The notes: generated by a model from the letters alone, not told the origin. Shown: positions 30,351 through 39,591, counted from the whole stretch's first letter. The stretch: 63,324 nt of DNA, filler included, from Acidimicrobiia bacterium (GCA_046759765.1; 20 parts of 20 records of this genome joined end to end with filler, not necessarily neighbours in it), one strand, 5' to 3'. Program-made: numbers and translations.

Positions 30351-30845
30351 ATGGTGGATCAAAGTGTTCTAGAGATGGCGGAGCCCGAGGCCGAGCAGGA
30401 GGGCATCGGCAGGCTGGGTTTCTGGTCGCTGGGCGCGGCGGCGGGCTTCTTTCTCACCTTTTGGGTGGGGCTCATTGTTCTCCTGAGCATGTCGGGACCC
30501 GACACGAGCGGCGCGGCCGTCACGCCAGGCTCCGGCGGAGACTCACCCCCCTCTTCCACCGACGCGGTAACGGTGACCGCCACCGAGTTCGCACTCGATC
30601 CCGTACCCCCTCAGTTGGCGAGCGGTGAGCTGACCTTCGTACTCCGAAACGAGGGAGCCGTGTTCCACAACCTCGAGATTCTGACTCAGGGCGGTGAGCT
30701 GGTCTCGAACTTTCTCCTGGAGGCTGACAGCAATGAGGAGGACACCGGGTCTACCACGCTTCCTGCCGGTGGGTACCTGCTGATCTGCTCAGTGCCCGGT
30801 CACCGGGAGGCCGGCATGGAGGCGACTCTGACAATCACGGGTTGA
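30351..30845 (+). CDS. Membrane-anchored cupredoxin (type 1 Cu)
   Basis: N-terminal TM; HNL and ICSVPGHREAGM give the His/Cys/His/Met ligand set. Confidence 0.87.
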   Translation: MVDQSVLEMAEPEAEQEGIGRLGFWSLGAAAGFFLTFWVGLIVLLSMSGPDTSGAAVTPGSGGDSPPSSTDAVTVTATEFALDPVPPQLASGELTFVLRNEGAVFHNLEILTQGGELVSNFLLEADSNEEDTGSTTLPAGGYLLICSVPGHREAGMEATLTITG

Positions 30846-30915
30846 GTCAACAGCTGCTGCCCGGGGCCGTACCCCTTTACTGTGGTCTGTCGGTTACTTC
30901 GGTGGCAGGTGACGA

Positions 30916-31116
30916 ATGTGTAAGCGCCACGAATACCAACAGGCCGAAGCCGGCCACCGGCTTTCATCCTTCAAGTGCGATTCGTGCGGCCATCTCCTTA
31001 TCCACGATCGGGACCAAGGACTCCACGACCCCTTCACCCCGATAGACCTGAGGATCGCCGATGTTTGGATGCGCGCCCTGGTATCCGGCGGGGGCGGCCT
31101 CCTCGGTTCCGTCTAG
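30916..31116 (+). CDS. Small putative metal-binding protein
   Basis: MCKRH..CDSCGH; AGGTGA RBS; follows a putative ECF promoter at 30870-30897. Confidence 0.4.
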   Translation: MCKRHEYQQAEAGHRLSSFKCDSCGHLLIHDRDQGLHDPFTPIDLRIADVWMRALVSGGGGLLGSV

Positions 31117-31171
31117 GGATCGCACCCAGTCCAGGTGGATAGCCGGATGGTCGGCGACGGGCATCCTCTCT

Positions 31172-31205
31172 ACTGAGTGAGTTACAGCACTGAGTGAGTT
31201 ACAGC
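31172..31205 (+). repeat. Perfect 17-bp tandem duplication ACTGAGTGAGTTACAGC
   Basis: Copies at 31172-31188 and 31189-31205. Confidence 0.95.
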
Positions 31206-31234
31206 TTGGTGCAGCCGAAACCGATGAAACCTAA

Positions 31235-31816
31235 GTGCTCGGAGATGAATTCTCCTCGGTCCTGCTCGGAGCCCAGGCCGGCGCCGAGTGGGCATGGACC
31301 CGCCTATATCAGGACCTCTCGCCCCAACTGCTCGGCTATCTCCGGTCACGAGGGGGCAACGAACCGGAGGATCTCCTCGGCGATCTGTGGTTGCAGGTAG
31401 CTCGCAACATCGCGGGGTTTTCAGGAGATGAGCGTGACTTCCGAGCGTGGATCTTCACCGTCGCTTACCACCGCTTAGTCGATGAGCGTCGTTATCGCGG
31501 CAGGCGGCCCAGTCTGCCCATGGCTGAGGTTCCAGTGGACGCTGTAACGCCCGAATATGCCGAAAGCCACGCTCTCGAGTCCATTGCCGCCGAGGAGATC
31601 AAGCATCTTCTCGAGCAGCTGACGCAACAGCAGCGCGACGTGCTCACGCTGCGGATCTTGGCTGGCATGACGATCCCCGAGATAAGCAAGGCCATGGGAA
31701 AGAAGGTCGGTGCGGTTAAGCAGCTCCAGAGACGCGCCGTCAGAGCGCTGGTAAGGCTTTCTGAGGAAGAGGGCATACCCCTCGAGGCACTTCGGTCGGT
31801 TACGAGGGTGGCATGA
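31235..31816 (+). CDS. ECF sigma factor
   Basis: EPEDLLGDLW..FRAWIFTVAYHRLVDERR; LTQQQRDVL..GAVKQLQRRA. Confidence 0.92.
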   Translation: MLGDEFSSVLLGAQAGAEWAWTRLYQDLSPQLLGYLRSRGGNEPEDLLGDLWLQVARNIAGFSGDERDFRAWIFTVAYHRLVDERRYRGRRPSLPMAEVPVDAVTPEYAESHALESIAAEEIKHLLEQLTQQQRDVLTLRILAGMTIPEISKAMGKKVGAVKQLQRRAVRALVRLSEEEGIPLEALRSVTRVA

Positions 31817-32526
31817 AGCCCAGAGTGAAGCCCGTGTTCGCATCGGATATTGATATCGACGCGCTCCTCGCTTCACTGATGGAGGAGTGGCCGCTCCTCC
31901 TATCCGAGCCAGTGCCTCCCAAAGTGGCTCGGGCCCATATAGCGAAGGCGGCCGCCGCCACGGCGCTTAGCGTCCCTCGTTCGGCGGTGGCCCCTTCCGC
32001 TCGGCCACCCCTGCGAGCTCGGTGGCGAAGAAGGTTCGTCTTGGCGACCGTCACATCGACTTTCGTGGGTCAATTGCTGATCGGAACGGCCGCAGTCGCC
32101 GCCGTCGGAGCAGGAGCGGCCGCCGCCGGAGTGTTGCCCTCGCCGCTCCAGTCGGCTGTTTCGGAGCTGGCCGGCGAAGTCGGTCTTGTTCTTCCGTCCG
32201 GCACCGAATCGGCCACGCCCGCCGATCCTGGTGAGCCCGGACAAGGCGCAACGCCGGCTTCGCCTGCCGTTCCGCCTGGTCGGACGGATACGACAGCTGA
32301 TCCACAGCAGTCTGGTCTTGTCCGGCAGCCCGTAACGCCGCCTGGGCTCGGCGAGTTCGCTGACCTTCGGGAGGCTGTGGAGGCCATCCGGGCAGATCGA
32401 TTCGCGGGCAACGGCCCGGAGGCGACTTCGGGTCCGCCTGAGACTCTGTCGGGTCCGCCTGAGACTCTGTCGGGTGCGCCTGAGACTGTGCCGGGTCCGC
32501 CTGAGACTGTGCCGGGTCCGCCCTGA
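31813..32526 (+). CDS. Putative anti-sigma factor with Pro-rich tail
   Basis: ATGA overlap with the sigma gene; TM region GAAAAGVLPSPLQ; low-complexity tail. Confidence 0.65.
   Translation: MKPRVKPVFASDIDIDALLASLMEEWPLLLSEPVPPKVARAHIAKAAAATALSVPRSAVAPSARPPLRARWRRRFVLATVTSTFVGQLLIGTAAVAAVGAGAAAAGVLPSPLQSAVSELAGEVGLVLPSGTESATPADPGEPGQGATPASPAVPPGRTDTTADPQQSGLVRQPVTPPGLGEFADLREAVEAIRADRFAGNGPEATSGPPETLSGPPETLSGAPETVPGPPETVPGPP
32428..32523 (+). repeat. 21-bp coding tandem repeat, about 4.5 copies (SGPPETL/PGPPETV)
   Basis: Unit (t/c)cgggtccgcctgagact(c/g)tg. Confidence 0.95.
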
Positions 32527-32827
32527 TGGCGTTCACCGACGCAGCTAGCCATCTACGCCGCCGCGCCGGACCGGAGGGAGATGTGCTAGCCATGAGGCTC
32601 GGTCCGATAGCTTTTTGACGGTGAGTCGAGAGCAAATTGCCGGCTGGCTCATTGCTCTGGCCGGATTGGTCGTGCTGGTCGTGTCCGCCTTTGCCGATCA
32701 GCTCGGAATGGGCGACGAAGCCTTCACCNNNNNNNNNNNNNNNNNNNNNNNNNNNNNNNNNNNNNNNNNNNNTTAATTAATTAANNNNNNNNNNNNNNNN
32801 NNNNNNNNNNNNNNNNNNNNNNNNNNN

Positions 32828-33695
32828 NGTTACCCGTATCGGTCCTAGGCTCCCCCGGCAGACGTAATCGGTCCCGCCACCGGCCTCTGGATCTGAGCTT
32901 GGGCTTTGGGTCGGGCAGTCGACGACGCACTCGGTCGTACACCTTCTTCTGAAGGGCCAACAGAGCCTTTTGGCGCTCGAAACCACTAGCTTTCCCGGCG
33001 ATCCCACCAGCTTCCTCCTGGACTTCAGGAGCACACCATTCCTCTTCAATGAGCCCCATAAAGTCGATTTCGCCCTTCTGGTAACGCTCAACAGCCCTCC
33101 GCTTTCGCTCTGAGCGGTTAGCCTTAGCCTTTACGATCAGGCCTGTGAGGGCATGGGGCCGAAATGCCCCGAGCCGTGAAAAGGTCTGCATATGCTTCAG
33201 GGTCTGCCAGGCCTGACTGAACGAGGCGTGCAGAAGGTTGTCACTGACCATTGGGCCGAAGATTCGAACCTCGACCCTCAACCAAGGAGTGTAGGTATCC
33301 TCGCCGTCGTACCACGTCAAGCCCGCCTCGTAGGGGAGCCGGGGGAGAGACTTGTTGGCCGGCACCCACCTGCCGGTGCCTTGGCCACGGCTGTCCATCT
33401 CCTCAACTGCAATCCTCCTTCTGATTCGTTCGAAATCAGTGCTCCCGTCTTCGCGGAAGTAGTCGCAGTAGAAACAGTCCTCCCAGTACTCCAGAAGGTT
33501 CGGTGGCAAGTTCAGACGGCGTAGTTCAGCTTCAGCCGTCGGTCGCACTCGATTGCTGTAGTGGGCTTCGATCCAGGCGACAGCCCTTTCCACCGGCCAG
33601 CGCGGATCATAATCCAATTCCTTCCTGCTCTTGCTGATCGACTCGTGCCACTCGGGCCAGAGATGAAGTGCTCGCTCGAAGGTCTCCCGTTCCAT
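32828..33695 (-). CDS. Hypothetical protein divergent from the mom module (3' end at contig edge)
   Basis: Long open frame with GGAGAGGA RBS; no family recognised. Confidence 0.65.
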
Positions 33696-33892
33696 GTGTG
33701 TCCTCTCCTGCCAAATTATAGGCAACTTTTACGACTAGTGCTTCCCCCCCTTCGAATCGTAGTCGCGTGTGTTATACACGAAGTTGGGGCCTTGAGGAAG
33801 GCTGCTGACGGTGACCGAAGGGAATCTGTTGGAAGCCCAACGCCAAGAGCTAGACAGGGAGACCGGAGGAGAGAGGCATCTCAGACCGGCAC

Positions 33893-34615
33893 ATGGACTA
33901 TGGGGAGCAAGGACAGGAAGCTGGCGCCGGTAGTGTAGGGGTAGCACGGCCCGAAGGCCCTCGGGTAAGGGGCGGTTCGACTCCGACCTCGGCGCTCTAT
34001 CAACTGAAGGTCAGATCTCTGCCGCTTCGCATAGCAAAGGCGCTTCTCGAGAGGCATCACTACCTGAAGTCGATGCCGGGAGGAACGCAGCTAGCCCTTG
34101 GAGTCTTCGTGGGCGCACTACTGCAGGGTGTGCTGACGCTCGGCGTGGGACCGCCGCTGGTATTCAGGCTTGTCGATGGCGCCGGCCCCCGCGACTGCGC
34201 GACGCTTTCGCGCTTCTGGCTGTCGGAGGCACTTCCCCTAAACTCCGAGAGCAGGGTCCTCGGCGTAGTCCTGCGCGCATTGAGGCGACACACTTCACTC
34301 AAGTTCCTGGTCTCCTACGCGGACCCGGCCATGGGGCACCGTGGGGGAATATATCAGGCCACAGGCTGGCTCTACACTGGACTGTCTGAGGCGTCGACTT
34401 TGATTGACCTTGGTGACGGAGTGGCCCGGCATTCTCGGACGGTGGGCCACGCGTTTGGCACCCACTCGATCAGGCACTTTGAGGCACACGACGTTCCGGT
34501 GCGGACCGTCCAACAGGAGCCGAAGCACCGGTACGTGTACTTCATCGACTCGTCGTGGCGAGAGCGCCTAACCGCGCCGGTGTTGCCCTACCCGAAGGAA
34601 GGCGGGGCGCTATGA
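33893..34615 (+). CDS. mom: Mom-family adenine-modification (GNAT-fold) protein
   Basis: HHYLKS, TLSRFWLS..NSESRVL, LVSYADPAMGHRGGIYQATGWLYTG, KHRYVYF, LPYPK. Confidence 0.88.
   Translation: MDYGEQGQEAGAGSVGVARPEGPRVRGGSTPTSALYQLKVRSLPLRIAKALLERHHYLKSMPGGTQLALGVFVGALLQGVLTLGVGPPLVFRLVDGAGPRDCATLSRFWLSEALPLNSESRVLGVVLRALRRHTSLKFLVSYADPAMGHRGGIYQATGWLYTGLSEASTLIDLGDGVARHSRTVGHAFGTHSIRHFEAHDVPVRTVQQEPKHRYVYFIDSSWRERLTAPVLPYPKEGGAL
33924..33996 (+). ncRNA. tRNA-like cloverleaf embedded in the mom 5' coding region
   Basis: Acceptor GCGCCGG/TCGGCGC; TA; D arm GTGT-AGGGGTA-GCAC; GCCCGA-AGGCCC-TCGGGT; T arm GGCGG-TTCGACT-CCG(A)CC. Confidence 0.75.
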
Positions 34616-35250
34616 GAATCGTTGAGATAGCCGTCAGCCAGCTAGTAGCGGCGCGGTGGAACCCGAACCACATGGACGCCCGGATGCTGGCACGACTGCA
34701 GGAGAGTATCTCTCGGTTTGGCGTCGTCGAGAATCTGGTGGCTAGACCCACAGGAAATGGACTTTACGAGGTGCTCTCCGGCAACCAGCGGCTACAGATC
34801 CTGCGAGAGCTCGGTCACCAGATCATTCCGTGTCTGGTTGTGGACCTGGACGATACCCAGGCTCGACTCCTTGCCCAAGCTCTAAACCGGATAGAGGGCG
34901 AAGACGACTTGGGCCTCAAGGCGGAACTAGTGCGCAACGTGCTGAAAGCGGTTCCGCAGACCGATCTCCTTTCGCTGCTACCCGAGACGAAAGATAGCCT
35001 AGAGGCCCTGGTGAGCCTCGGCGAGGCCGACCTGACTGAGCATCTTCGCAATTGGGAGAGAACCCGAGGGGCGAGGCTGCACACACTCCAGCTCCGTCTG
35101 ACCGACACTCAACTCCGTATCGTGCAGCGAGCCCTGGAGATGGCGATGTGCTCACAGACCGCGATGGATGCAGATGGCCAAAACAGGAGGAGCAGGGCGA
35201 TCACGGACATCTGCAGAGCCTATCTGAGCAAGGCGGAGAGAACCAGATGA
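34612..35250 (+). CDS. ParB/Srx N-terminal domain protein
   Basis: WNPN..LQESISRFGVVENLVAR..YEVLSGNQRL..LN. Confidence 0.88.
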   Translation: MRIVEIAVSQLVAARWNPNHMDARMLARLQESISRFGVVENLVARPTGNGLYEVLSGNQRLQILRELGHQIIPCLVVDLDDTQARLLAQALNRIEGEDDLGLKAELVRNVLKAVPQTDLLSLLPETKDSLEALVSLGEADLTEHLRNWERTRGARLHTLQLRLTDTQLRIVQRALEMAMCSQTAMDADGQNRRSRAITDICRAYLSKAERTR

Positions 35251-35465
35251 AGGAGGGCAACGCCTATAGGCGCACCTATAGGGACTCTGAGGTCCCCTGC
35301 ATCATATGCTGCGAACCTCTCGCCGTTGCCCTGGCGAGGGGACGGAAGTCAGGCAAGCCCTCGGTTATGCTCATCTGCCCCAACGACGGACGGCACTTCC
35401 GCGCATTTATCAACGACCGGGACTACGTGCGCCGCGTTGTGGATCTCCTGGAGGAGCGGCGGTGA
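35247..35465 (+). CDS. Small Cys/His (Zn-finger-like) protein
   Basis: CIICCE..CPNDGRHFRAFIND; coupled on both sides by ATGA/GTGA overlaps. Confidence 0.75.
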   Translation: MKEGNAYRRTYRDSEVPCIICCEPLAVALARGRKSGKPSVMLICPNDGRHFRAFINDRDYVRRVVDLLEERR

Positions 35466-35893
35466 GGGTTGCGCTTTACGCACGGGTGTCGACCTCCGAT
35501 AAGGATCAGGACCCGGAAACCCAACTGATCCCGCTTCGGCAGTTCGTTGGCCGCCAGGATGCGTTGGAGGTGCGCAAGGAGTACGTCGATCACGCCCCCG
35601 CGACCGACATGGTCCGTCGGACGGCCTGGCACGAACTCCTGGACGAAGCCGGCAAGCGGCAGTTCGACCTGGTGGTGGTCTGGCGGATGGATCGCGCGTT
35701 CCGGTCGGTGCTGGACGCGGCCACGACGCTGGAGCGGCTGAGAGCCTGGGGCGTCGGACTCCGCTCATACTCGGAGCCCTGGCTAGACACTACCAGCCCC
35801 TTCGGCGAGGCGCTCTACTACATCACGGTGGCATATGCCCAGTTGGAGCGTGGGATCCTCCGGGAGCGGGTTAAGGCTGGAATGGACCGAGCT
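35462..35893 (+). CDS. Serine recombinase (resolvase/PinR-like), 3' partial
   Basis: LYARVST..Q..Q; VVVWRMDRAFRS; AQLERGILRERVKAG. Confidence 0.93.
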
Positions 35894-35993
35894 NNNNNNN
35901 NNNNNNNNNNNNNNNNNNNNNNNNNNNNNNNNNNNNNTTAATTAATTAANNNNNNNNNNNNNNNNNNNNNNNNNNNNNNNNNNNNNNNNNNNN

Positions 35994-37519
35994 GCCTCGC
36001 CGACCGTCTTCATCTCCATGAACAAACGCAAGTAGTCAGGCCCGCCGGCCTTGGCGTTCGAGCCCGACATGTTGAAGCCCCCGAAGGGCTGGCGCCACAC
36101 CAGCGCTCCTGTGATCTTCCGGTTGACGTAAAGGTTGCCGACATGGAAGTCGCGGCGAGCCCTCTCGATCCGGTCGCCGTCCTCAGAGAAGATCCCTCCC
36201 GTGAGGGCATATTCGGTTCCGTTGGCGATTTCGAGGGCATTATCGAAGTCCCGAGCCGAGATCACCGAAAGGACCGGCCCGAATATCTCATGCTGGGCCA
36301 GGCGTGAGTCCGGATCGACTCCGGCAAAGATGGTCGGCTCTATGTAGTAGCCGGCATCCCATGGGCGCCTTCCCCCGATAACGAGGTCCGCCTGCTCCTT
36401 GCCCTTCTCAATCTCAGACCAGATGGCGTCATACTGGGTCTTCGAGATCACCGCGTTCACCGCGTAGTTGTCCTCGGCTGGACCCACCTCGAGAGCCGCC
36501 GCTTTCTCGACCACCCGATCGAGAAGCTCGTCCTGCACCTCCTCGACGACGATCAACCTCGAGCACGCAGAGCACTTCTGGCCCTGGAAGCCGAAAGCCG
36601 ACGTCACTACTCCCGTGGCCGCAGCATCGAGGTCCGCGGTCTCGTCGACCACGATCGCGTCCTTGCCGCCCATCTCCATGTAGGCCCGCTTCAACCAGCG
36701 CTGACCGGCGTGAACCTTGGCGGCGCGTTCGGAGATTCGGAGGCCAACTTCCTTGGAGCCTGTGAAGTTGACGAATCGGGTCGAGGGGTGATCGACCAGC
36801 GTGTCGCCAATGACCGCTCCACCCCCCGGTACCAGGTTCACGACTCCCGGCGGGAATCCGGCCTCTTGGACCGCGTCCATGAAGGCACCGGCAATCAGCG
36901 GGGTGTTCGAGGCGGGCTTCAACACGACTGTGTTTCCGGCGGCCACCGGGCCGATGGTCAGGCCGGTCAGGATCGCCAGCGGGAAATTCCAAGGCGGGAT
37001 CGCTACGCCGGCTCCGATCGGGATGAGAAACGATGTGTCGGTGTCGGTCGGCTGGTAGGGCTGAGCCAGGTCTATCGCCTGGCTGGCGTAGTACTCGCAG
37101 AAGTCGATCGCCTCGGCCGTGTCGGCGTCCGCCTCAATCCAGTTCTTGCCTGCTTCGAGGGTCATCAGAGAGGAGAAGTGGTGCTTGTAGGTCCGGAGCA
37201 CGCCGGCCAGTCGAAGCACATATGCGGCACGATCGTGGGCATCGAGCCTGGACCACTCTCCGAATGCCTGCCACCCGGCCTCGAGGGCGGCTTCGGCATG
37301 CCGCGGCTCGGCCGCGGCCGAAGTGCCGATGACCTCGTTCGGCGCGCAGGGGTTGATACTCCGGATCTCCTCTGCCGTCTCGACCTCCTCACCGCCGATC
37401 ACCAGCTTCATGTGTTGGTCGAGCTGGCCGCGATGATCGGCGATGGCTTCCCGATAGGCCTTCTCCTGATCGGAGTCCGTGAAGTCGGTCAAAGGCTCGT
37501 TGGCAAACTCGTTCGGCAT
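35994..37519 (-). CDS. pruA: 1-pyrroline-5-carboxylate dehydrogenase (3' end clipped)
   Basis: FANEP, EAIDFCEYY, PPWNFP, FTGSKEVG, EMGGK, FQGQKCSACSR, KAGGPDYL. Confidence 0.93.
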
Positions 37520-37591
37520 TGGGTCTCCTGGGCTTCTTAGGACCGATATTACGTCGCCGGCGGCCACCTCGGATCGGGGGGAAGCCAGCAG

Positions 37592-38788
37592 CTAGGAATC
37601 AGTTCCATACCACTCGAAGTGGCCGGGATCCGGTTTGAGCCAGTCCTTGCCGGAGGTGATGCCGGCCTCGGTCATCGCATCGATGAGCCGGGGTTCGGTA
37701 GGAGAGCCCGGCCCGTTTACGGGGTTCCCGAAGTTGATGTCGGCGGCCACTCCCCAGGCGTGGCGTGAAAGGTCGCGTCGTCCGGCGATGAAGCGGGGAT
37801 TCCAACAGCCGAGGAAAGCGCCCGAGTCGATCACGTGTGCCAGACCCGCGGCCTCCAACTGGGTCATCACTCGCTCCAACATGTCGGCGAAGTCGCGGTG
37901 ACAGGAAGCCGTACCGAGGAGCGAGAGCTCCCGGGTGACGATGTTCGAGTCGACCCAGACCGGGTCTATCTCAATGCGGGTACCGTCACCAGGGCGGAGA
38001 GCGAACTCGCCGAACCGCAGTTTGATATCGACCTGGGAGCGAACGGCATCGGCATGGCGGAAGACCGTGGTGCCGTCCTCGGATCGCACTCGGACTGGCT
38101 CTGCGACGACCTCGACCAAGGCGCGCTCGAGATCCTCTCGAGTTCCCGCATAGCGGACGATCGCGTACCGAGGAACGTTTGCGCCCAAGTCAGCCCCACC
38201 CGGGCTCGTGGTAACAAGCTCGGCGGCGCCTACCCATCGGTCGGCCACGACTCCGACGACCCGGAGCTCGATCCCTTCTGCCAAGCCAATTGTGGCTCCG
38301 CTACCCAGACGCCGCAGCTCGGCCGAGGACTCAGTCAGCAGCACCTCATCGGAGGACATTCCGGCCAGCAGGTCCGCGACGTCCGGAGGGACGAAAGGAC
38401 GATGAGCCTCTGGGTCGATCCATTGCAGCTCGACCGGATACCAGAATCCCTCCGGCGCCTGGTCGACCGGCTTCCCGTCCGACTCCCTCGTCTCGGTGAT
38501 GGGAGCGTTACCCGCCCAAACAACAGAAACCGCGTCCACGCCAGGCAGCTCCTCGAGGATCTCTTCGAAGCCGTCCGGAAGGCGGGCGGACGTCCACACG
38601 AGAAACCAGCTCCCTCGGGCGACCGTGGTAGAGGGTTGACTAGCAACGACCGAGGTCACCGACTCGATCGCCTGCATAGTCACGGAGGTGGTGCCTTCAA
38701 AAGAGCTGTCGCCCTTGCATGCCGCCGCCAGCACTGCGAGATGAGCGATCAAAAGAACTCGACTCCGAATCCGTCGACCTCCCGTCAT
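37592..38788 (-). CDS. Lipoprotein with C-terminal M15 (D,D-carboxypeptidase-like) peptidase domain
   Basis: Lipobox AAAC; CWNPR..SRHAWGVAADIN..DPGHFE. Confidence 0.85.
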   Translation of the reverse strand: MTGGRRIRSRVLLIAHLAVLAAACKGDSSFEGTTSVTMQAIESVTSVVASQPSTTVARGSWFLVWTSARLPDGFEEILEELPGVDAVSVVWAGNAPITETRESDGKPVDQAPEGFWYPVELQWIDPEAHRPFVPPDVADLLAGMSSDEVLLTESSAELRRLGSGATIGLAEGIELRVVGVVADRWVGAAELVTTSPGGADLGANVPRYAIVRYAGTREDLERALVEVVAEPVRVRSEDGTTVFRHADAVRSQVDIKLRFGEFALRPGDGTRIEIDPVWVDSNIVTRELSLLGTASCHRDFADMLERVMTQLEAAGLAHVIDSGAFLGCWNPRFIAGRRDLSRHAWGVAADINFGNPVNGPGSPTEPRLIDAMTEAGITSGKDWLKPDPGHFEWYGTDS

Positions 38789-38906
38789 AGAACGCCGGTC
38801 GGGCCGCCGATCAGCCCGTCGCTAGTCTCCCTTAAGTCCATTCTCGTGACGCCTACTGGTCGTATAGACACTTAAACGTCATAAGAACGGTGAGAGAGAG
38901 GAGCGC

Positions 38907-38988
38907 ATGCAGAAGGCCTACACGCGGTTAACTGATCCTCTGGTCCGGGAAAACGGATCACTGCGGAAAGCAGGCTGGGACGAGGCTC
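38907..38988 (+). CDS. Molybdopterin oxidoreductase (FDH-alpha-like) N-terminal fragment
   Basis: RLTDPLVRENGSLRKAGWDEA with GAGGAG RBS; cut at the contig end. Confidence 0.65.
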
Positions 38989-39088
38989 NNNNNNNNNNNN
39001 NNNNNNNNNNNNNNNNNNNNNNNNNNNNNNNNTTAATTAATTAANNNNNNNNNNNNNNNNNNNNNNNNNNNNNNNNNNNNNNNNNNNN

Positions 39089-39572
39089 TTTCGGCGATGG
39101 CTCGGGTGATGGCTTGGCGGATCCACCAGGTGGCGTAGGTAGAGAACTTGAAGCCCTTGCGCCAGTCGAACTTCTCAACCGCGCGGATCAGACCAAGGTT
39201 GCCTTCCTGGATCAGATCGAGGAGCTCCACACCTGAGGCGCTCGTGTATTTGCGAGCGTTGGCCACGACCAGCCTCAAGTTGGCCGCCAAGAACTCTTCC
39301 TTGGCGTGGCGGCCAGCTCGGGCCCGGCCTTGTAGCTTCCCGCGGTCGGACGGCGAGTAGCTGTCCCTTGAGGCGAGGAGTTCTTCGGCTTCGAGGCCGG
39401 CTTCTATGGTCTGGGCGAGCCGGGTCTCATCGTCGGCAGTGAGTAGGTCGTATCGGGAGATCTCCTCCAGGTACTGGCCTACCAGGTCGCTGGGTGGACG
39501 TTCATCGTCGGTGTTCTCCAGTCGGCGTGGTCCTCGGTCCGAGTGGAGCCGAGTAGGAACAGTGCTCTTCAC
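39089..39572 (-). CDS. Sigma-70 factor, RpoD/SigA family without region 1.1 (3' partial)
   Basis: [51 protein letters not shown]. Confidence 0.93.
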
Positions 39573-39591
39573 CGCGCTTTACCAGCTGGGG

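Noticed and set aside
32428..32523. CRISPR array
   Set aside because: Contiguous in-frame repeats with no spacers, and no cas genes in the window.
33924..33996. Functional tRNA-Gly gene or an attL/attR scar
   Set aside because: The anticodon loop is not 7 nt with U33, the T stem is bulged and there is no CCA; the whole cloverleaf, not just a 3' half, lies inside an open frame.
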